64,000 bases of DNA from an uncultured Chitinophagales bacterium (GCA_964490845.1 CAZBED010000005.1:24168-88167), one strand, 5' to 3'. Positions 1-11,306 are shown, numbered from the stretch's first letter. Notes: generated by a model not told the origin, from the letters alone. Translations and numbers: made by a program.

Positions 1-1286
1 ATGTACAAACAGCCATCGACAAACTACAATCTATGCAACTGTCCAACGGCGCGCTGAGTTACTGGCAAGGCAGTGGCAGCGAATCGTGGTGGGCTACTAT
101 TTATGCCGCCCACTTTTTGCAGGAAGCACAAAAAGCGGGTTACACTGTTAATCAGAGTACCTTGTCCAGAATGTATGACTACCTGAACGCACGCCTGAAA
201 ACAAAGGAACTTGAATTTATGTATTATTCAGACGGCAGTAAAAAGGAAGTAGTCAAAACGGAAATCCCTTACAGTTTGTATGTACTTGCGTTGGCCGATG
301 AGGTAAAAATGCCGAATCTCAATTATTACAAATCCAACCCCGGTTTACTTACACAAAGCGGGCGTTACCTGATTGCATCCGCCTTCGCTTTATCGGGCGA
401 TAAAAAGAAATTTTATCAGATGCTACCTAAGGGATATGTCAGTGAACAAACAGACCCTGCCTTCAGCGGTAATTTCTACTCCAATTTTCGCGACATGGCT
501 CTGGTGCTGAATACACTGTTGGAGGCCGACCCTAAAAATTCGCAAATCAACTACATGGCAAAACAGGTAGCACAACAACTAATGAGCCGGCAACACCTTA
601 ATACACAGGAGAATGTATTCGGATTCTTAGCAATGGGAAAAATTGCACACGCCGCTAATAAAGGGTCTGCAACAGCGACTGTAGTTTCCAACGGAAAAAC
701 CATTGGCACATTTGACGGCAAGCATGAACTCATACTTTCAAATAAGTTGCTGTCCGGCAATACGCTCAGCATCAATACCGGTGGCAGCGGAAAAGTATTT
801 TATTTCTGGGAAATGGAAGGCATACCAACAGCAGGCATTAACAAAGAAGAAGATAATTTTCTGGAAGTACGCCGAAAATACTTAGACAGAAATGGCAAGG
901 AAGTAAAAGCTGCATTTTTCCAGAACGATTTGGTGGCGGTGGAAATTGCAATACGCAGCACCAACGGTATCAACGTGCCTAACGTGGCCATTACCGATTT
1001 GTTGCCGGCAGGCTTTGAAATTGAGAATGCACGTATAACGGAAATACCGCAATTAGCCTGGCTAAAGACAGACGCACAGCCTGAATACAAGGATATACGC
1101 GACGACCGTATTAATCTGATTGTCACCGCTACTCCGAAAATAACGAAGTACTATTATCTGTGCAGGGCTGTGTCCTTAGGTACATTTAATGTTGGGCAGA
1201 TAGGCGCCGATGCCATGTACCGTGGTGAATATCATTCCTATAACGGTGCAAGAACGATTTCGGTGAGCAGGAAAGTGAATTTGTAA
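1..1286 (+). CDS. alpha-2-macroglobulin family protein, C-terminal ~425 aa (5' end outside window)
   Basis: Frame 3 is open from the window edge (VQTAIDKLQS precedes the listed Met). SYWQGSGSESWWATIYAAHFLQEAQKAGY resembles the thioester-domain region of bacterial A2M. A beta-rich C-terminal domain follows. Confidence 0.75.
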   Translation, partial: VQTAIDKLQSMQLSNGALSYWQGSGSESWWATIYAAHFLQEAQKAGYTVNQSTLSRMYDYLNARLKTKELEFMYYSDGSKKEVVKTEIPYSLYVLALADEVKMPNLNYYKSNPGLLTQSGRYLIASAFALSGDKKKFYQMLPKGYVSEQTDPAFSGNFYSNFRDMALVLNTLLEADPKNSQINYMAKQVAQQLMSRQHLNTQENVFGFLAMGKIAHAANKGSATATVVSNGKTIGTFDGKHELILSNKLLSGNTLSINTGGSGKVFYFWEMEGIPTAGINKEEDNFLEVRRKYLDRNGKEVKAAFFQNDLVAVEIAIRSTNGINVPNVAITDLLPAGFEIENARITEIPQLAWLKTDAQPEYKDIRDDRINLIVTATPKITKYYYLCRAVSLGTFNVGQIGADAMYRGEYHSYNGARTISVSRKVNL

Positions 1287-1403
1287 TGTAATTATAGTCA
1301 TTAATGCTGATTGAGAGAACAGAATTTTTTAAGTATCATTCTTAACTTATTTTGTATCAGGCCATAGCACTTGCCTGCATTTCCTGAAATAGAATTAATC
1401 CAT

Positions 1404-1446
1404 CTCTTACTTTTTTTATCAAACGCTCGTTTGGTAAGAGTTTTTC
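1404..1446 (+). terminator. candidate rho-independent terminator after the A2M gene
   Basis: CTCTTAC (1404-1410) pairs with GTAAGAG (1434-1440). An inner CAAAC-gctc-GTTTG hairpin lies between them. TTTTTCTTTATTTTT follows. Confidence 0.35.
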
Positions 1447-1448
1447 TT

Positions 1449-1456
1449 TATTTTTG
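1449..1456 (+). promoter_or_regulatory. candidate Bacteroidetes-type -7 box (TATTTTTG)
   Basis: Exact match to TAnnTTTG, 19 nt upstream of ATG 1475. The only upstream TTTG (1430-1433) gives a short 15-nt spacer. Confidence 0.25.
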
Positions 1457-1474
1457 TTCCATAAAAAGCAAGAA

Positions 1475-2245
1475 ATGTTCCAGGCAGATTTATTTAAAGA
1501 CAAGATTGTATTAGTGACAGGCGGAGGCAGTGGTATCGGATATACCATCGCGAAACAATATTTACAGACAGGCGCCATCGTCTACATCGCCTCCAGAAAC
1601 ACCGAAAAGATTGAAAAAGCGATAGGTGAATTGAGTGCATTTGGTGATGTGCGCAGCGCTATTGCCGACATCAGAGAACCGGAGCAGATACAGGCGCTCG
1701 CAGATAAAATAAAGCATGATTCAGGCAGACTGGATATACTAATCAACAATGCAGGCGGCCAGTTTCCAGCAGCTGCGGAAAATATTTCTTTCAACGGCTT
1801 CCGCGCTGTAGTGACCAACAATCTGATTGGTACCTTTTATGTGACACAGATTATGGCAAAGACATTTTTTATTCCTCAGAAGGAAGGAAATATCGTCAAT
1901 ATCATTGCGAATATTTACAGGGGATTTCCGGGAATGGCACATACAGGCGCCGCGCGCGCAGGTGTAGACAACCTTACCAAAACCTTATCCATTGAATGGG
2001 TACGTTACAACATACGGGTAAACGCGGTAGCTCCGGGCATTATTTTATCATCCGGGCTGGACACCTACCCTCCTGCCATCTTGAAAGGTATAACCGACGG
2101 CATTCCGAATAAACGTATGGGTACGATGGAAGAAGTAGGATGGCCTGTTCTCTTTCTCTCCTCTCCGATGGCTTCCTATATCACCGGCGAAACATTGTAT
2201 GTGGATGGCGGAAACCGGCTTTGGGGTGACCAGTGGAAGATGTGA
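1475..2245 (+). CDS. SDR family oxidoreductase (2,4-dienoyl-CoA / trans-2-enoyl-CoA reductase-like)
   Basis: VTGGGSGIG Rossmann motif, NNAG, and overall SDR length. Start moved from TTG 1454 to ATG 1475 (MFQADLFKDKIVLVTGGG). Confidence 0.85.
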   Translation: MFQADLFKDKIVLVTGGGSGIGYTIAKQYLQTGAIVYIASRNTEKIEKAIGELSAFGDVRSAIADIREPEQIQALADKIKHDSGRLDILINNAGGQFPAAAENISFNGFRAVVTNNLIGTFYVTQIMAKTFFIPQKEGNIVNIIANIYRGFPGMAHTGAARAGVDNLTKTLSIEWVRYNIRVNAVAPGIILSSGLDTYPPAILKGITDGIPNKRMGTMEEVGWPVLFLSSPMASYITGETLYVDGGNRLWGDQWKM

Positions 2246-2362
2246 AAGCCCACGTTAACGGGTGATACTTTGGAATAAAGGCCTCGTTAACGAAAAAATT
2301 ACTTACTTTTCTTCTTCCGGAAGTTTAAAATACTTTCGTATTATTATTTACCTACCGTTTGC

Positions 2363-3715
2363 ATGCAAATCAAAGGAACATACCGTGAAATATGGCAGAT
2401 TGCCTTTCCCATCATTCTGGGTAGTCTTGCAAACAGCATCAATCAGCTGATTGATACGGCATTTCTTGGCCATTACAGTAAGATATCTTTAGATGCTGTA
2501 ACGTTAAGCGGTATTTTTTTCTTCAATATCACTTTTATTGCTGGCGGTTTTGCAAGAGGCGCACAGGTGATGATTGCACGTCACAACGGAGAATTACAAT
2601 ACTCCAAAATTGGTGTCGCTTTCGACCACTTACTGACATTTTCCGCTCTGCTTTCCGTCATCATTATGTTCTTTTTTGTATGGGCGTCACCGGCTATCGT
2701 AACTATATCCGTAAAATCAACAGCGATACAACAGGAAGCTTTAACCTATTTAAAATTTATGAATATCGGCGTACCGGCAGCGGTATTCAGCTTTTGTTTT
2801 AATGCCTTTTATTCCGGAATCGGAAAAACAAAAATTATCACCTATGCCACGTTGCTGATGGGCATCACCAACATCATCTTAGGCTATATACTTATTTTCG
2901 GAAAACTTGGCCTGCCGGCAATGGGTATCAAAGGTGCCGCCATTGCAACCACCATCGCGAACGTTGTCTTATTTTTAGTTTACCTCCTCTATTTTATCCG
3001 GCAGCAACATCATAAAATGTATGGCGTTTTTCAGTTCAGGGTTTTGAAAATCATGCAATTCCGCAAAATGATTGATTTGTCGGTTCCTATTGTTTTACAA
3101 AACCTGATTGGCATCACTTCCTGGCAATATTTCTTCTTGTGTGTAGAAAAGCTTGGAGAGCATGAACTGGCGGTTTCTGGCATTCTCAAGAGTCTCTTTG
3201 TCTTTTTGGGTATTCCCGTCTGGAGCCTGGGAAGTGCCGGCAATACCATTATCAGCAACATTATTGGCCAACAAAAATTAGGAGAAGTGATTCCGGCGCT
3301 CAAAAAAGTAATTCTTGTTACCGTAAGCATTTCTTTATCACTTAATCTCTTCATTCTTTTATTTCCCCGGCCTGTTTTATCATTATTTACTAATGATCTG
3401 GAACTGATAAAAGATTGCATCCCCCCGTTTTACACACTGATGATAGCATTGCTGTTTTTTTCATCAGCAATGATTATGAATCAGGGAATTATTGGTACTG
3501 GCGCCACCAAGATACCTGCTTTGGTTGAACTTTTGTGCTGCTTTTCATATATAGGATATTGTTATTACTTTATTCAGCTTAAAGGAAGTCCGTTATATAT
3601 TGCCTGGGGCTGTGAGGTGGTTTATTGGTTTTCATTGCTTACTTTTACTACAGTTTATTGGGGAAGCGGCATATGGAAAAAATTTGTCAGACAAATAGAT
3701 ACAATTACAACGTAA
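2363..3715 (+). CDS. MATE family efflux transporter
   Basis: 450 aa and about 12 hydrophobic segments. N-terminal IWQIAFPIILGSLANSINQLIDTAFLGH is typical of MATE/NorM-like proteins. Confidence 0.85.
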   Translation: MQIKGTYREIWQIAFPIILGSLANSINQLIDTAFLGHYSKISLDAVTLSGIFFFNITFIAGGFARGAQVMIARHNGELQYSKIGVAFDHLLTFSALLSVIIMFFFVWASPAIVTISVKSTAIQQEALTYLKFMNIGVPAAVFSFCFNAFYSGIGKTKIITYATLLMGITNIILGYILIFGKLGLPAMGIKGAAIATTIANVVLFLVYLLYFIRQQHHKMYGVFQFRVLKIMQFRKMIDLSVPIVLQNLIGITSWQYFFLCVEKLGEHELAVSGILKSLFVFLGIPVWSLGSAGNTIISNIIGQQKLGEVIPALKKVILVTVSISLSLNLFILLFPRPVLSLFTNDLELIKDCIPPFYTLMIALLFFSSAMIMNQGIIGTGATKIPALVELLCCFSYIGYCYYFIQLKGSPLYIAWGCEVVYWFSLLTFTTVYWGSGIWKKFVRQIDTITT

Positions 3716-3716
3716 T

Positions 3717-4457
3717 ATGACAACAGGAAAAAAGGAATGGTTTGAACTTTGGTTTGATTCTCCATTCTATCATATTTTATATAAAAACAGGAATCAGGAA
3801 GAAGCACATCAGTTTATTGATGCCGTCTTAAAGCACCTGAGTATTGAATATGGCAGTATTTTAGACCTGGCGTGCGGTAAGGGAAGGCATGCCTATTATC
3901 TGGCACAAAAGGGATTTGATGTAGTGGGTTTGGATTTATCGCCGGAAAGCATTCAGTATGCCAATACCATGTATCAGCTGGACAATCTGGAATTTTATGT
4001 ACACGACATGCGACTGCCTTTCCGGATAAATTATTTTGATTACATTTTTAATTTTTTTACGAGTCTGGGCTATTTTAATGACCTTAGAGAAAATGAAAAG
4101 GTTTTTGAAAGCATGCATTCCGGATTAAAAGATAACGGCCATATACTGATTGATTTTATGAATACGGAAAAAGTCATCAAAAACCTCGTGGCCAGAGAAA
4201 ACAAACTGATAGACGGATACCATTTTTACATTCGGAGAGAAGTCGTCAACGGAAAAATAATCAAGCACATACAAGTGGAAAAGGAAGAAAAGATGTGGGT
4301 CTTCCGGGAGGAAGTACAGGCGCTGATGCAGCATCATTTTCATACTTTCTTAAACAACACCGGGTTTACTTTAATTAAAGAATCCGGAGATTATCATTTA
4401 AATTCGTTTAACCCAAAAACATCCGACAGATATATTTTGTTAGCAAAGAAAAAATAA
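3717..4457 (+). CDS. class I SAM-dependent methyltransferase
   Basis: Motif I ILDLACGKGRHAYYLAQKGFDVVGLDLS. Starts 1 nt after the MATE stop. Confidence 0.85.
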   Translation: MTTGKKEWFELWFDSPFYHILYKNRNQEEAHQFIDAVLKHLSIEYGSILDLACGKGRHAYYLAQKGFDVVGLDLSPESIQYANTMYQLDNLEFYVHDMRLPFRINYFDYIFNFFTSLGYFNDLRENEKVFESMHSGLKDNGHILIDFMNTEKVIKNLVARENKLIDGYHFYIRREVVNGKIIKHIQVEKEEKMWVFREEVQALMQHHFHTFLNNTGFTLIKESGDYHLNSFNPKTSDRYILLAKKK

Positions 4458-4460
4458 GGT

Positions 4461-5108
4461 ATGAGTAAATTAATAGTGATTATCGGTGCCGGCCCGGGTA
4501 TAGCGCAGGGAGTGGCGGAAAAATTCGGCAAAAACGGATTTTCTGTGGCGCTGATATCCAGAAGAAAAGAAAAATTAGAAAAACTTACGGCGGAACTGAA
4601 GCAAAAAGGTATAGACGCACATGATTTTGCGGCTGATGCCGGAGATGCAGAATCCATGAAAGACGCCTTTAACCAGATATGGGAGAAATGGAATGATATT
4701 GATGTAGTGCATTACAACGTGGCAAAAATAAAAATGGTGAATATCGCCAATGAAACGGCGGATGGCCTCACGCGCGACTTTAAAGTAAATGTAGCGGGTG
4801 TGCTGACGATGTTGAATCTGGTGTTATCGGATATGGAAAAGAAAGGGGAAGGCACCATATTACTTACCGGCGGAGGATTTGCCATACAGCCAGACCCGCA
4901 GTTCGGTTCGCTGGCTATTGGAAAGGCTGCTCTCCGAAACCTCGCCAATTCGTTGCACATCGCCTTAAAGCCGAAAAACATTTTTGTCGGCACAGTAACG
5001 GTTTGTGGTTTTGTGAAACCGGATGCAAAAAAACACAATCCGTCAAATATTGCCGACCAGTTCTGGAAATTATACACCGAACGCAACGAATTTGAAATCC
5101 AGTATTAA
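4461..5108 (+). CDS. SDR family NAD(P)-dependent oxidoreductase (short, 215 aa)
   Basis: N-terminal VIIGAGPGIAQGVAEKFGKNGFSVALISRR Rossmann fold. Starts 3 nt after the preceding stop. Confidence 0.8.
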   Translation: MSKLIVIIGAGPGIAQGVAEKFGKNGFSVALISRRKEKLEKLTAELKQKGIDAHDFAADAGDAESMKDAFNQIWEKWNDIDVVHYNVAKIKMVNIANETADGLTRDFKVNVAGVLTMLNLVLSDMEKKGEGTILLTGGGFAIQPDPQFGSLAIGKAALRNLANSLHIALKPKNIFVGTVTVCGFVKPDAKKHNPSNIADQFWKLYTERNEFEIQY

Positions 5109-5138
5109 TAACCATTATTCGTTAAAAAAACAGATATT

Positions 5139-5324
5139 ATGGAAAAACGAAAAATAATTATCCTGTCCGTTTTATTGTCGCTGACAATTGGTAACTATTT
5201 CAGGATAAACAATACTGCCGCCATTCGAACGGTGGATTTTCTTTCCATATTTGTCATCGGTTTACTGGCTGGAATCCTTATTCAGGTATTCATTCATGCA
5301 ATAAGAAATAAAAAACAGCCATGA
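5139..5324 (+). CDS. small two-TM membrane protein (61 aa), unknown function
   Basis: Two hydrophobic helices. Its stop overlaps the next ATG (ATGA at 5321-5324), which suggests translational coupling and a real gene. Confidence 0.5.
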   Translation: MEKRKIIILSVLLSLTIGNYFRINNTAAIRTVDFLSIFVIGLLAGILIQVFIHAIRNKKQP

Positions 5325-6304
5325 GATATTCCCTGCTGCTGATGGTGTTGATGTATGGTTTTAACTCCTTTTCTAAAGGATTACCATCTTTTAACACGGC
5401 TGAGCAACCGGCAGCACCGGATTATTCGGATACCAAATACTGGAGCGCACTCCCCTTTCGCAAAGATGCCGCAGATCTGACACCTAAAAGCGAACAATGG
5501 GTAAACGATTCCCTCAAACAGGTAGATGTTTTTTATGTATATCCGACCTTATACTCGAAAGGAAAAACGTGGAATGCGGATGTAAATAATAAACAGCTCA
5601 ACAAACGGCTGGACCACCTGCCTGTAAAATACCAGGCATCCGTTTTTAACCAGGTAGGCCGGGTGTATGCACCAAGATACAGGCAGGCAATTGTAAAATG
5701 TTTTTTTGATACTACAGACAATGCCACGAAAGCGTTGGACTTCGCATACGACGACGTAAAGCGGGCATTTGAATATTATCTGAAGCACTACAACAACGGA
5801 CGGCCCATTATCATCGCGTCACACAGCCAGGGCACTACACATTGCCGCCGGCTGATAAAAGATTTTTTTGACACCCCGGAAATGAAAGCGAAACTGGTAT
5901 GCGCTTATATCGTCGGTTATGAAGTCAACAAAGAAAACTACCAAGTGCTTACACCCTGCAAAGATGCTGCCGAGACGAACTGCTACGTAACATGGTCCAC
6001 GTTTAAAGATGGTTTTATATACACAGATAAGTTGAAATATTTTGGAAATGTTTGTATAAATCCAGTTTCCTGGAAATCAGATACCCTTTCGGCTATTTCT
6101 TCTGGCGGTATTCTGTTAAATGTAAACCGCAAAAAACATTTCACTACCGAAGCACGCATCTATCAATCTTATTTATGGGCGAAAACCAACCTGACCTTCA
6201 TGCGAAAAAAAGAAGTACTTCACCTGGTGGATTATAACCTCTTCTGGTGGGATATTCGAAAAAATGTATCTCTGCGTGTGAGTGAATACCTGAAAGAAAA
6301 TTGA
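5321..6304 (+). CDS. secreted alpha/beta-hydrolase-like protein (DUF3089-like)
   Basis: Signal-peptide-like N-terminus. VFYVYPT, APRYRQA and the nucleophile-elbow-like IIASHSQGT match my recollection of the DUF3089 family. Confidence 0.6.
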   Translation: MRYSLLLMVLMYGFNSFSKGLPSFNTAEQPAAPDYSDTKYWSALPFRKDAADLTPKSEQWVNDSLKQVDVFYVYPTLYSKGKTWNADVNNKQLNKRLDHLPVKYQASVFNQVGRVYAPRYRQAIVKCFFDTTDNATKALDFAYDDVKRAFEYYLKHYNNGRPIIIASHSQGTTHCRRLIKDFFDTPEMKAKLVCAYIVGYEVNKENYQVLTPCKDAAETNCYVTWSTFKDGFIYTDKLKYFGNVCINPVSWKSDTLSAISSGGILLNVNRKKHFTTEARIYQSYLWAKTNLTFMRKKEVLHLVDYNLFWWDIRKNVSLRVSEYLKEN

Positions 6305-6398
6305 CTTTATCTACAAATCTGATATTTCTCAGTTTTATCAATTGCTATTTGTTGTATTTTTAATTGGTAAATTGTCGTTATCAATTTAGTATCAGAAT

Positions 6399-8141
6399 AT
6401 GTCTGCAATTTTAAACACTCATTCCTCCATCGTACCTAATGTACAGGATTATAACACTTTGTACAACTCCTTTGACTGGAATAAGGAATGCAGCCAGCTT
6501 AACGGGCTTCCCGATAATCAGGGTATCAATATTGCCTTTGAAGCCATAGAACGGCACGCCTGCAGCCATCTCAAAAATACGGTTGCCCTGCGCTGGATAA
6601 AAAAAGACAATAGCGTTCAGGACTTTACCTATAACGATTTACACCACCTGACTTCCAAATTCGCAAATGTGCTGAATACCCTCGGAATACAAAAGGGTGA
6701 ACGCGTTTTTTCATTTACTGGCCGCATTCCAGAATTGTATATTACGGCATTAGGAACCCTCAAAAAAACAGCCGTTTATTGCCCCTTATTCTCTGTATTT
6801 GGCCCTGAGCCGGTTTGGCAACGCCTTAGTAAAGGAGATGCTAAGATATTGGTTACTACCCGTATACAATATGAAAAGAAAATTATGGCAATATGGGATA
6901 AATTGCCGGCATTGCAATACATCCTGCTTACGGATATTGAAGAACATATTTCAGATAATGTGCTTTCCTTCTCAAAATTAATGGAAGCATCCGCTTTGGA
7001 ATTTATTATTCCTCCCACTTCGCCTGATGATCCGGCGTTACTGCATTTTACCAGTGGCACTACCGGCATGCCAAAAGGCGCCTTGCATGTTCACAATGCG
7101 GTGCTTACTCACTATATCACCGGAAAATATGTACTCGATTTTCATGAAGGCGATAGCTACTGGTGTACCGCCGATCCCGGATGGGTAACGGGTACTTCCT
7201 ATGGTATTATTTCTCCCTTTGTAAATGGGGTGACGAATATTATTGATGAAGAAGAATTTGATGCAGTACGATGGTATACCATTTTGCAAAATCAAAAGGT
7301 AAACATTTGGTATACAGCGCCAACAGCTATCCGGCGCCTGATGCGGCTAACAATACAGCCACGTGAGCAATTTAATCTGGAAAACCTTCGACTGATTTTA
7401 AGTGTAGGCGAACCGCTGAATCCCGAAGCTGTTATCTGGGCGCAAAAAACATTTGGTGTTCCCATATTAGATAACTGGTGGCAGACGGAAACAGGCGGCA
7501 TAATGATGGCGAATTACCGTTCTATGCCGGTCAGGCCCGGATCTATGGGAAAACCACTGCCGGGGGTACATGCAGCGATTGCTGAAGAAACGGCAGACGG
7601 ACTGTCATTTATTTCCGAACCCGATAAAAGCGGCCACCTCGTCTTGAAAAAAGGATTTCCTTCTTTGTTCAGAACTTATTTACACGAAGAAGAACGTTAC
7701 AACAAATGTTTTCGCGGTGATTGGTATATGTCTGGTGATTTGGCAAAAAAAGATGCGGATGGTTATTTCTGGTTTGTAGGCAGGGCTGATGATATCATCA
7801 AAACATCCGGACATATGGTAGGGCCGTTTGAAGTGGAGAGTGTCTTAATGGAACACCCCGCTGTGGCTGAAGCCGCTATAATCGGCAAACCGGATCCTGC
7901 TATCGGAGAATTGGTCAAGGCGTTTATTGTATTAAAAACTGGTTCTACTCCGGATGATGCTACTAAACTTGATATCATGGGGTTTGCACGAAAAAAAATG
8001 GGCCCGGCAGTTGCACCAAAAGAAATTTCATTTATCGATAATCTACCCAAAACCAAAAGCGGCAAAATACTGCGACGCCTGTTAAAAGCTAGAGAGCTCG
8101 GTTTGCCGGAAGGCGATTTATCTACCTTAGAACAATCCTGA
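6399..8141 (+). CDS. AMP-forming acyl-CoA/acyl-carrier ligase (acetyl-CoA synthetase-like)
   Basis: Adenylate-forming motifs FTSGTTGMPKG, YWCTADPGWVTG, GDWYMSGD and PKTKSGKILRR. 580 aa. Confidence 0.85.
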   Translation: MSAILNTHSSIVPNVQDYNTLYNSFDWNKECSQLNGLPDNQGINIAFEAIERHACSHLKNTVALRWIKKDNSVQDFTYNDLHHLTSKFANVLNTLGIQKGERVFSFTGRIPELYITALGTLKKTAVYCPLFSVFGPEPVWQRLSKGDAKILVTTRIQYEKKIMAIWDKLPALQYILLTDIEEHISDNVLSFSKLMEASALEFIIPPTSPDDPALLHFTSGTTGMPKGALHVHNAVLTHYITGKYVLDFHEGDSYWCTADPGWVTGTSYGIISPFVNGVTNIIDEEEFDAVRWYTILQNQKVNIWYTAPTAIRRLMRLTIQPREQFNLENLRLILSVGEPLNPEAVIWAQKTFGVPILDNWWQTETGGIMMANYRSMPVRPGSMGKPLPGVHAAIAEETADGLSFISEPDKSGHLVLKKGFPSLFRTYLHEEERYNKCFRGDWYMSGDLAKKDADGYFWFVGRADDIIKTSGHMVGPFEVESVLMEHPAVAEAAIIGKPDPAIGELVKAFIVLKTGSTPDDATKLDIMGFARKKMGPAVAPKEISFIDNLPKTKSGKILRRLLKARELGLPEGDLSTLEQS

Positions 8142-8142
8142 A

Positions 8143-9144
8143 ATGACTGAACAACCAATGATACAAAATGATTTACTGGAAGAGGAAGCCCTGCATCTGC
8201 TTTATCAGATGAAACTCATCCGGCGATTTGAGGAAAAGGCGGCTGAACTATATACGAAAACTCAGATACGCGGGTTTCTACATTTATACATCGGAGAGGA
8301 GGCAGTGGCGGTAGGCGTATCACAGGCACTGAACGAACAGGATATTGTACTGGCTACTTATCGGGAACATGGCCATGCGTTGACACGAAATATTTCTCCC
8401 AAAAAAATCATGGCAGAGATGTTTGGCAAACAGGAAGGATGTAGTGGCGGCAGAGGCGGTTCTATGCATTTATTTGATAAAGAAAAGAACTTTTACGGTG
8501 GTAATGCAATTGTTGCGGGACATATCCCTATAGCTGTTGGCATGGCGCTGGCTGCCAGAAAACAGAAACAGGATAAAATAGTAACTTGTTTTTTTGGTGA
8601 AGGTGCAATGGCTGAAGGAGAATTTCATGAAGCCATGAATCTGGCAGCCTTATGGAAAGTGCCTGTATTATTCATATGCGAAAATAACATGTATGCCATG
8701 GGCACCGCTATTCAATATACCCATGCATCAAAGGAGTTAGACAAAAGAGGTCACGATTACGGCATAGCATCAGCATCGGTGGATGGTATGGATATTCTGA
8801 AAGTTAGGGAGGCCGCCAACAAAGCAGTAGCTTATGTGCGAACCACTGGCAATCCCTATTTTCTGGTGGCAAATACCTATAGGTTCAGGGCGCACTCCAT
8901 GTTTGATGCAGAATTATACCGGGAAAAAAGTGAAGTAGAAGAATGGAAATACCGCGACCCTATTATACTCTTGAAGCAATATATGTTCGACAATCAGTTA
9001 ATCAATGAAACTATCCTTTCTGCAATTGACTCAAAAATTGAAAAGGAGATTCAGGAAGCCACTGATTATGCGGAAACAGCTACCTGGGAACCTGTAGAAC
9101 GTCTGACAAAATTTGTGTACAGCGAAAAAGAGAAGCATGAGTGA
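8143..9144 (+). CDS. 2-oxoacid (pyruvate/acetoin-type) dehydrogenase E1 component, alpha subunit, TPP-dependent
   Basis: [25 protein letters not shown], and the TPP motif [35 protein letters not shown]. Confidence 0.9.
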   Translation: MTEQPMIQNDLLEEEALHLLYQMKLIRRFEEKAAELYTKTQIRGFLHLYIGEEAVAVGVSQALNEQDIVLATYREHGHALTRNISPKKIMAEMFGKQEGCSGGRGGSMHLFDKEKNFYGGNAIVAGHIPIAVGMALAARKQKQDKIVTCFFGEGAMAEGEFHEAMNLAALWKVPVLFICENNMYAMGTAIQYTHASKELDKRGHDYGIASASVDGMDILKVREAANKAVAYVRTTGNPYFLVANTYRFRAHSMFDAELYREKSEVEEWKYRDPIILLKQYMFDNQLINETILSAIDSKIEKEIQEATDYAETATWEPVERLTKFVYSEKEKHE

Positions 9145-10129
9145 CAGCCCTGTAAAAATCACCTACCGAGAAGCCCTGAAGCAAGGGCTGAGAACAGCAT
9201 TGCAAAATGATGATAAAGTATTCCTGATGGGGGAAGATGTTGGCCGATATGGCGGCGCCTTTGCCATCAGCAAAGGATTGCTCCAGGAATTTGGGGAAGA
9301 CAGGATTATGGATGTCCCGCTTTCCGAATCAGGATTTGTGGGTGCAGGAATTGGCGCAGCACTGAACGGTATGCGGCCGATAGTTGAAATTATGACCGTT
9401 AATTTCAGTTTACTGGCATTAGACCAGATTTTCAATAATGCCGCTACATTCAGTCACATGACCAACGGACAACTGGGTGTTCCGGTTGTCATAAGAATCG
9501 GATGCGGCATTGGACGGCAACTGGCCGCACAGCATTCACATAGCTGGGAGTCGTTTTTCGCACACGTGCCCGGACTTATTGTGCTGGCAGCAGGTACACA
9601 CCGGGATGCAAGGGGAATGTTAGCGGCAGCCTTACAACAGCAAAACCCCGTTATTCTTTTTGAATATACATTTTTGCTCAACATGGAAGCGGAACTAGAG
9701 ACAGATTCAAGTATTATTGACATTAGTGAAGCAAACATATTGCGCAGAGGCAGCGATATTTCCATTATCACCTATGGCGGTGCCGTTCATAAATGTTTGG
9801 CTGCGGCCAAAGAGCTGGAAAATATCGGAATCGACGTGGAAGTGGTGGACATAAGGGTTCTAAGGCCATTAGATGAAGCCACTATACTCGCTTCCGTTGC
9901 AAAGACTCATAAAGCCTTAATCGTGGAAGATGCCTGGCGTTCCGTGAGCATCTCTTCTGAAATTAGTGCGCGTATTACTGAAAACGCATTTTATGAACTG
10001 GATGCGCCGGTACACCGGTTGTGCGGCCTGGAAGTACCCATTCCCTATCCTAAACATCTGGAAGAAGCATCTGTACCGCAGATAACAGATATTGTAAACC
10101 GCGTAAAGAAAATACTGCATCATGATTGA
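9137..10129 (+). CDS. 2-oxoacid dehydrogenase E1 component, beta subunit
   Basis: [11 protein letters not shown]...[15 protein letters not shown]...[11 protein letters not shown] is a typical transketolase-like E1beta. ATG 9137 overlaps the E1alpha stop (ATGAGTGA). Confidence 0.9.
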   Translation: MSDSPVKITYREALKQGLRTALQNDDKVFLMGEDVGRYGGAFAISKGLLQEFGEDRIMDVPLSESGFVGAGIGAALNGMRPIVEIMTVNFSLLALDQIFNNAATFSHMTNGQLGVPVVIRIGCGIGRQLAAQHSHSWESFFAHVPGLIVLAAGTHRDARGMLAAALQQQNPVILFEYTFLLNMEAELETDSSIIDISEANILRRGSDISIITYGGAVHKCLAAAKELENIGIDVEVVDIRVLRPLDEATILASVAKTHKALIVEDAWRSVSISSEISARITENAFYELDAPVHRLCGLEVPIPYPKHLEEASVPQITDIVNRVKKILHHD

Positions 10130-11306
10130 GTTTAAAATGCCCAGTCTCGGAGCTGACATGGAAGACGGCATTCTGCGTGAATGGAAGGTGAAGCCGGGTG
10201 ATACCGTCAAACGAGGTGATATCATTGCCTCTGTAGAAGTACAAAAAGGCAATATAGATATCGAATGTTTTGATGATGGCACGATAACAAAATTACTGGT
10301 CAGCGAAAACGAAAAAGTGCCTGTAGGTATCGTTATGGCATTAATTCAGCCAATAAACGAGCACCTAACAAGCAAAGAAACGACTGTTCCTTTAGTAAAG
10401 ACAAAAAGAGATGAAACTGTAATACCTGATATCAAACAGGAAACAAAAACAGAGGCTATCCTTACCGATAACATAACTACCACCGCCATAAAAGCAACAC
10501 CGCTGGCAAAAAGAATAGCGGCGGAAAATCAAATTGATATATCCACACTGAAAGGAAGTGGCGATGAAGGAGCGATTACCAAAGAAGATGTGGAAAAAGC
10601 AATTAACGAACGAACCGTATTGCCGGTTATCTCTCATTTGACGCCCGCAGAAAACATACGACTGGCAGTAGCTGCCGCTATGAGCAGATCCAACCGCGAG
10701 ATACCACATTATTATCTGGAAAAAAAGATAGATGTTACCAAAGCATTAGCATGGCTTACTGAGCAGAATGCTCAAAGACCAATACAACAACGCCTGTTGC
10801 AGGTCGTGTTGTTTTTAAAGGCAAGCGCCAGAGCACTTCGGGATGTTCCGGAATTAAATGCTGTATGGGAAAATGGATTACAAAAGAAAGAGGGTATTCA
10901 TATCGGGTTTGTCGTTTCACTCAAAGGCGGTGGCATTATGGTACCGGCTATTCATGACGTGGATAAAAAGAGTTTGGATGAAATCATGGCATCGCTGAAC
11001 GATTTGATACCAAGAGCGCGGGCTTTAAAACTGAGAAGTTCTGAACTCAGCGATTCCACTATCACGATGACCAGTTTGGGAGAAGGCGGTGCAGACAAGG
11101 TGTATGGTGTTATCTATCCGCCGCAGGTTGCCATCATTGGCGTTGGGGGCATTCTGAAAGAAATAATGGCTTTAAACGGAGAAAACCGTGAACATGCGTA
11201 TATTTACGCTACACTGGCAGGTGACCACCGGGCTACCGACGGGCTAACAGGCAGTAAATTTTTAGCGGCATTCCATCATTACTTACAACAACCGGAATCC
11301 TTATGA
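10122..11306 (+). CDS. dihydrolipoamide acyltransferase (E2 component)
   Basis: N-terminal lipoyl domain (Lys42), subunit-binding domain [23 protein letters not shown], and a catalytic domain with DHRATDG. ATG overlaps the E1beta stop (ATGATTGA). Confidence 0.9.
   Translation: MIEFKMPSLGADMEDGILREWKVKPGDTVKRGDIIASVEVQKGNIDIECFDDGTITKLLVSENEKVPVGIVMALIQPINEHLTSKETTVPLVKTKRDETVIPDIKQETKTEAILTDNITTTAIKATPLAKRIAAENQIDISTLKGSGDEGAITKEDVEKAINERTVLPVISHLTPAENIRLAVAAAMSRSNREIPHYYLEKKIDVTKALAWLTEQNAQRPIQQRLLQVVLFLKASARALRDVPELNAVWENGLQKKEGIHIGFVVSLKGGGIMVPAIHDVDKKSLDEIMASLNDLIPRARALKLRSSELSDSTITMTSLGEGGADKVYGVIYPPQVAIIGVGGILKEIMALNGENREHAYIYATLAGDHRATDGLTGSKFLAAFHHYLQQPESL

Noticed and set aside
9113-9136. 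Upstream alternative-start extensions in the ORF track. Examples are 9113 for E1beta, 1454, 14177, 17113, 21596, 35234, 40537, 40660 and 55205.
   Set aside because: The extensions begin at TTG or GTG, or add non-conserved residues ahead of a canonical N-terminus. Downstream ATG starts, or TTG for kdsB, fit family N-termini and operon junction geometry better.
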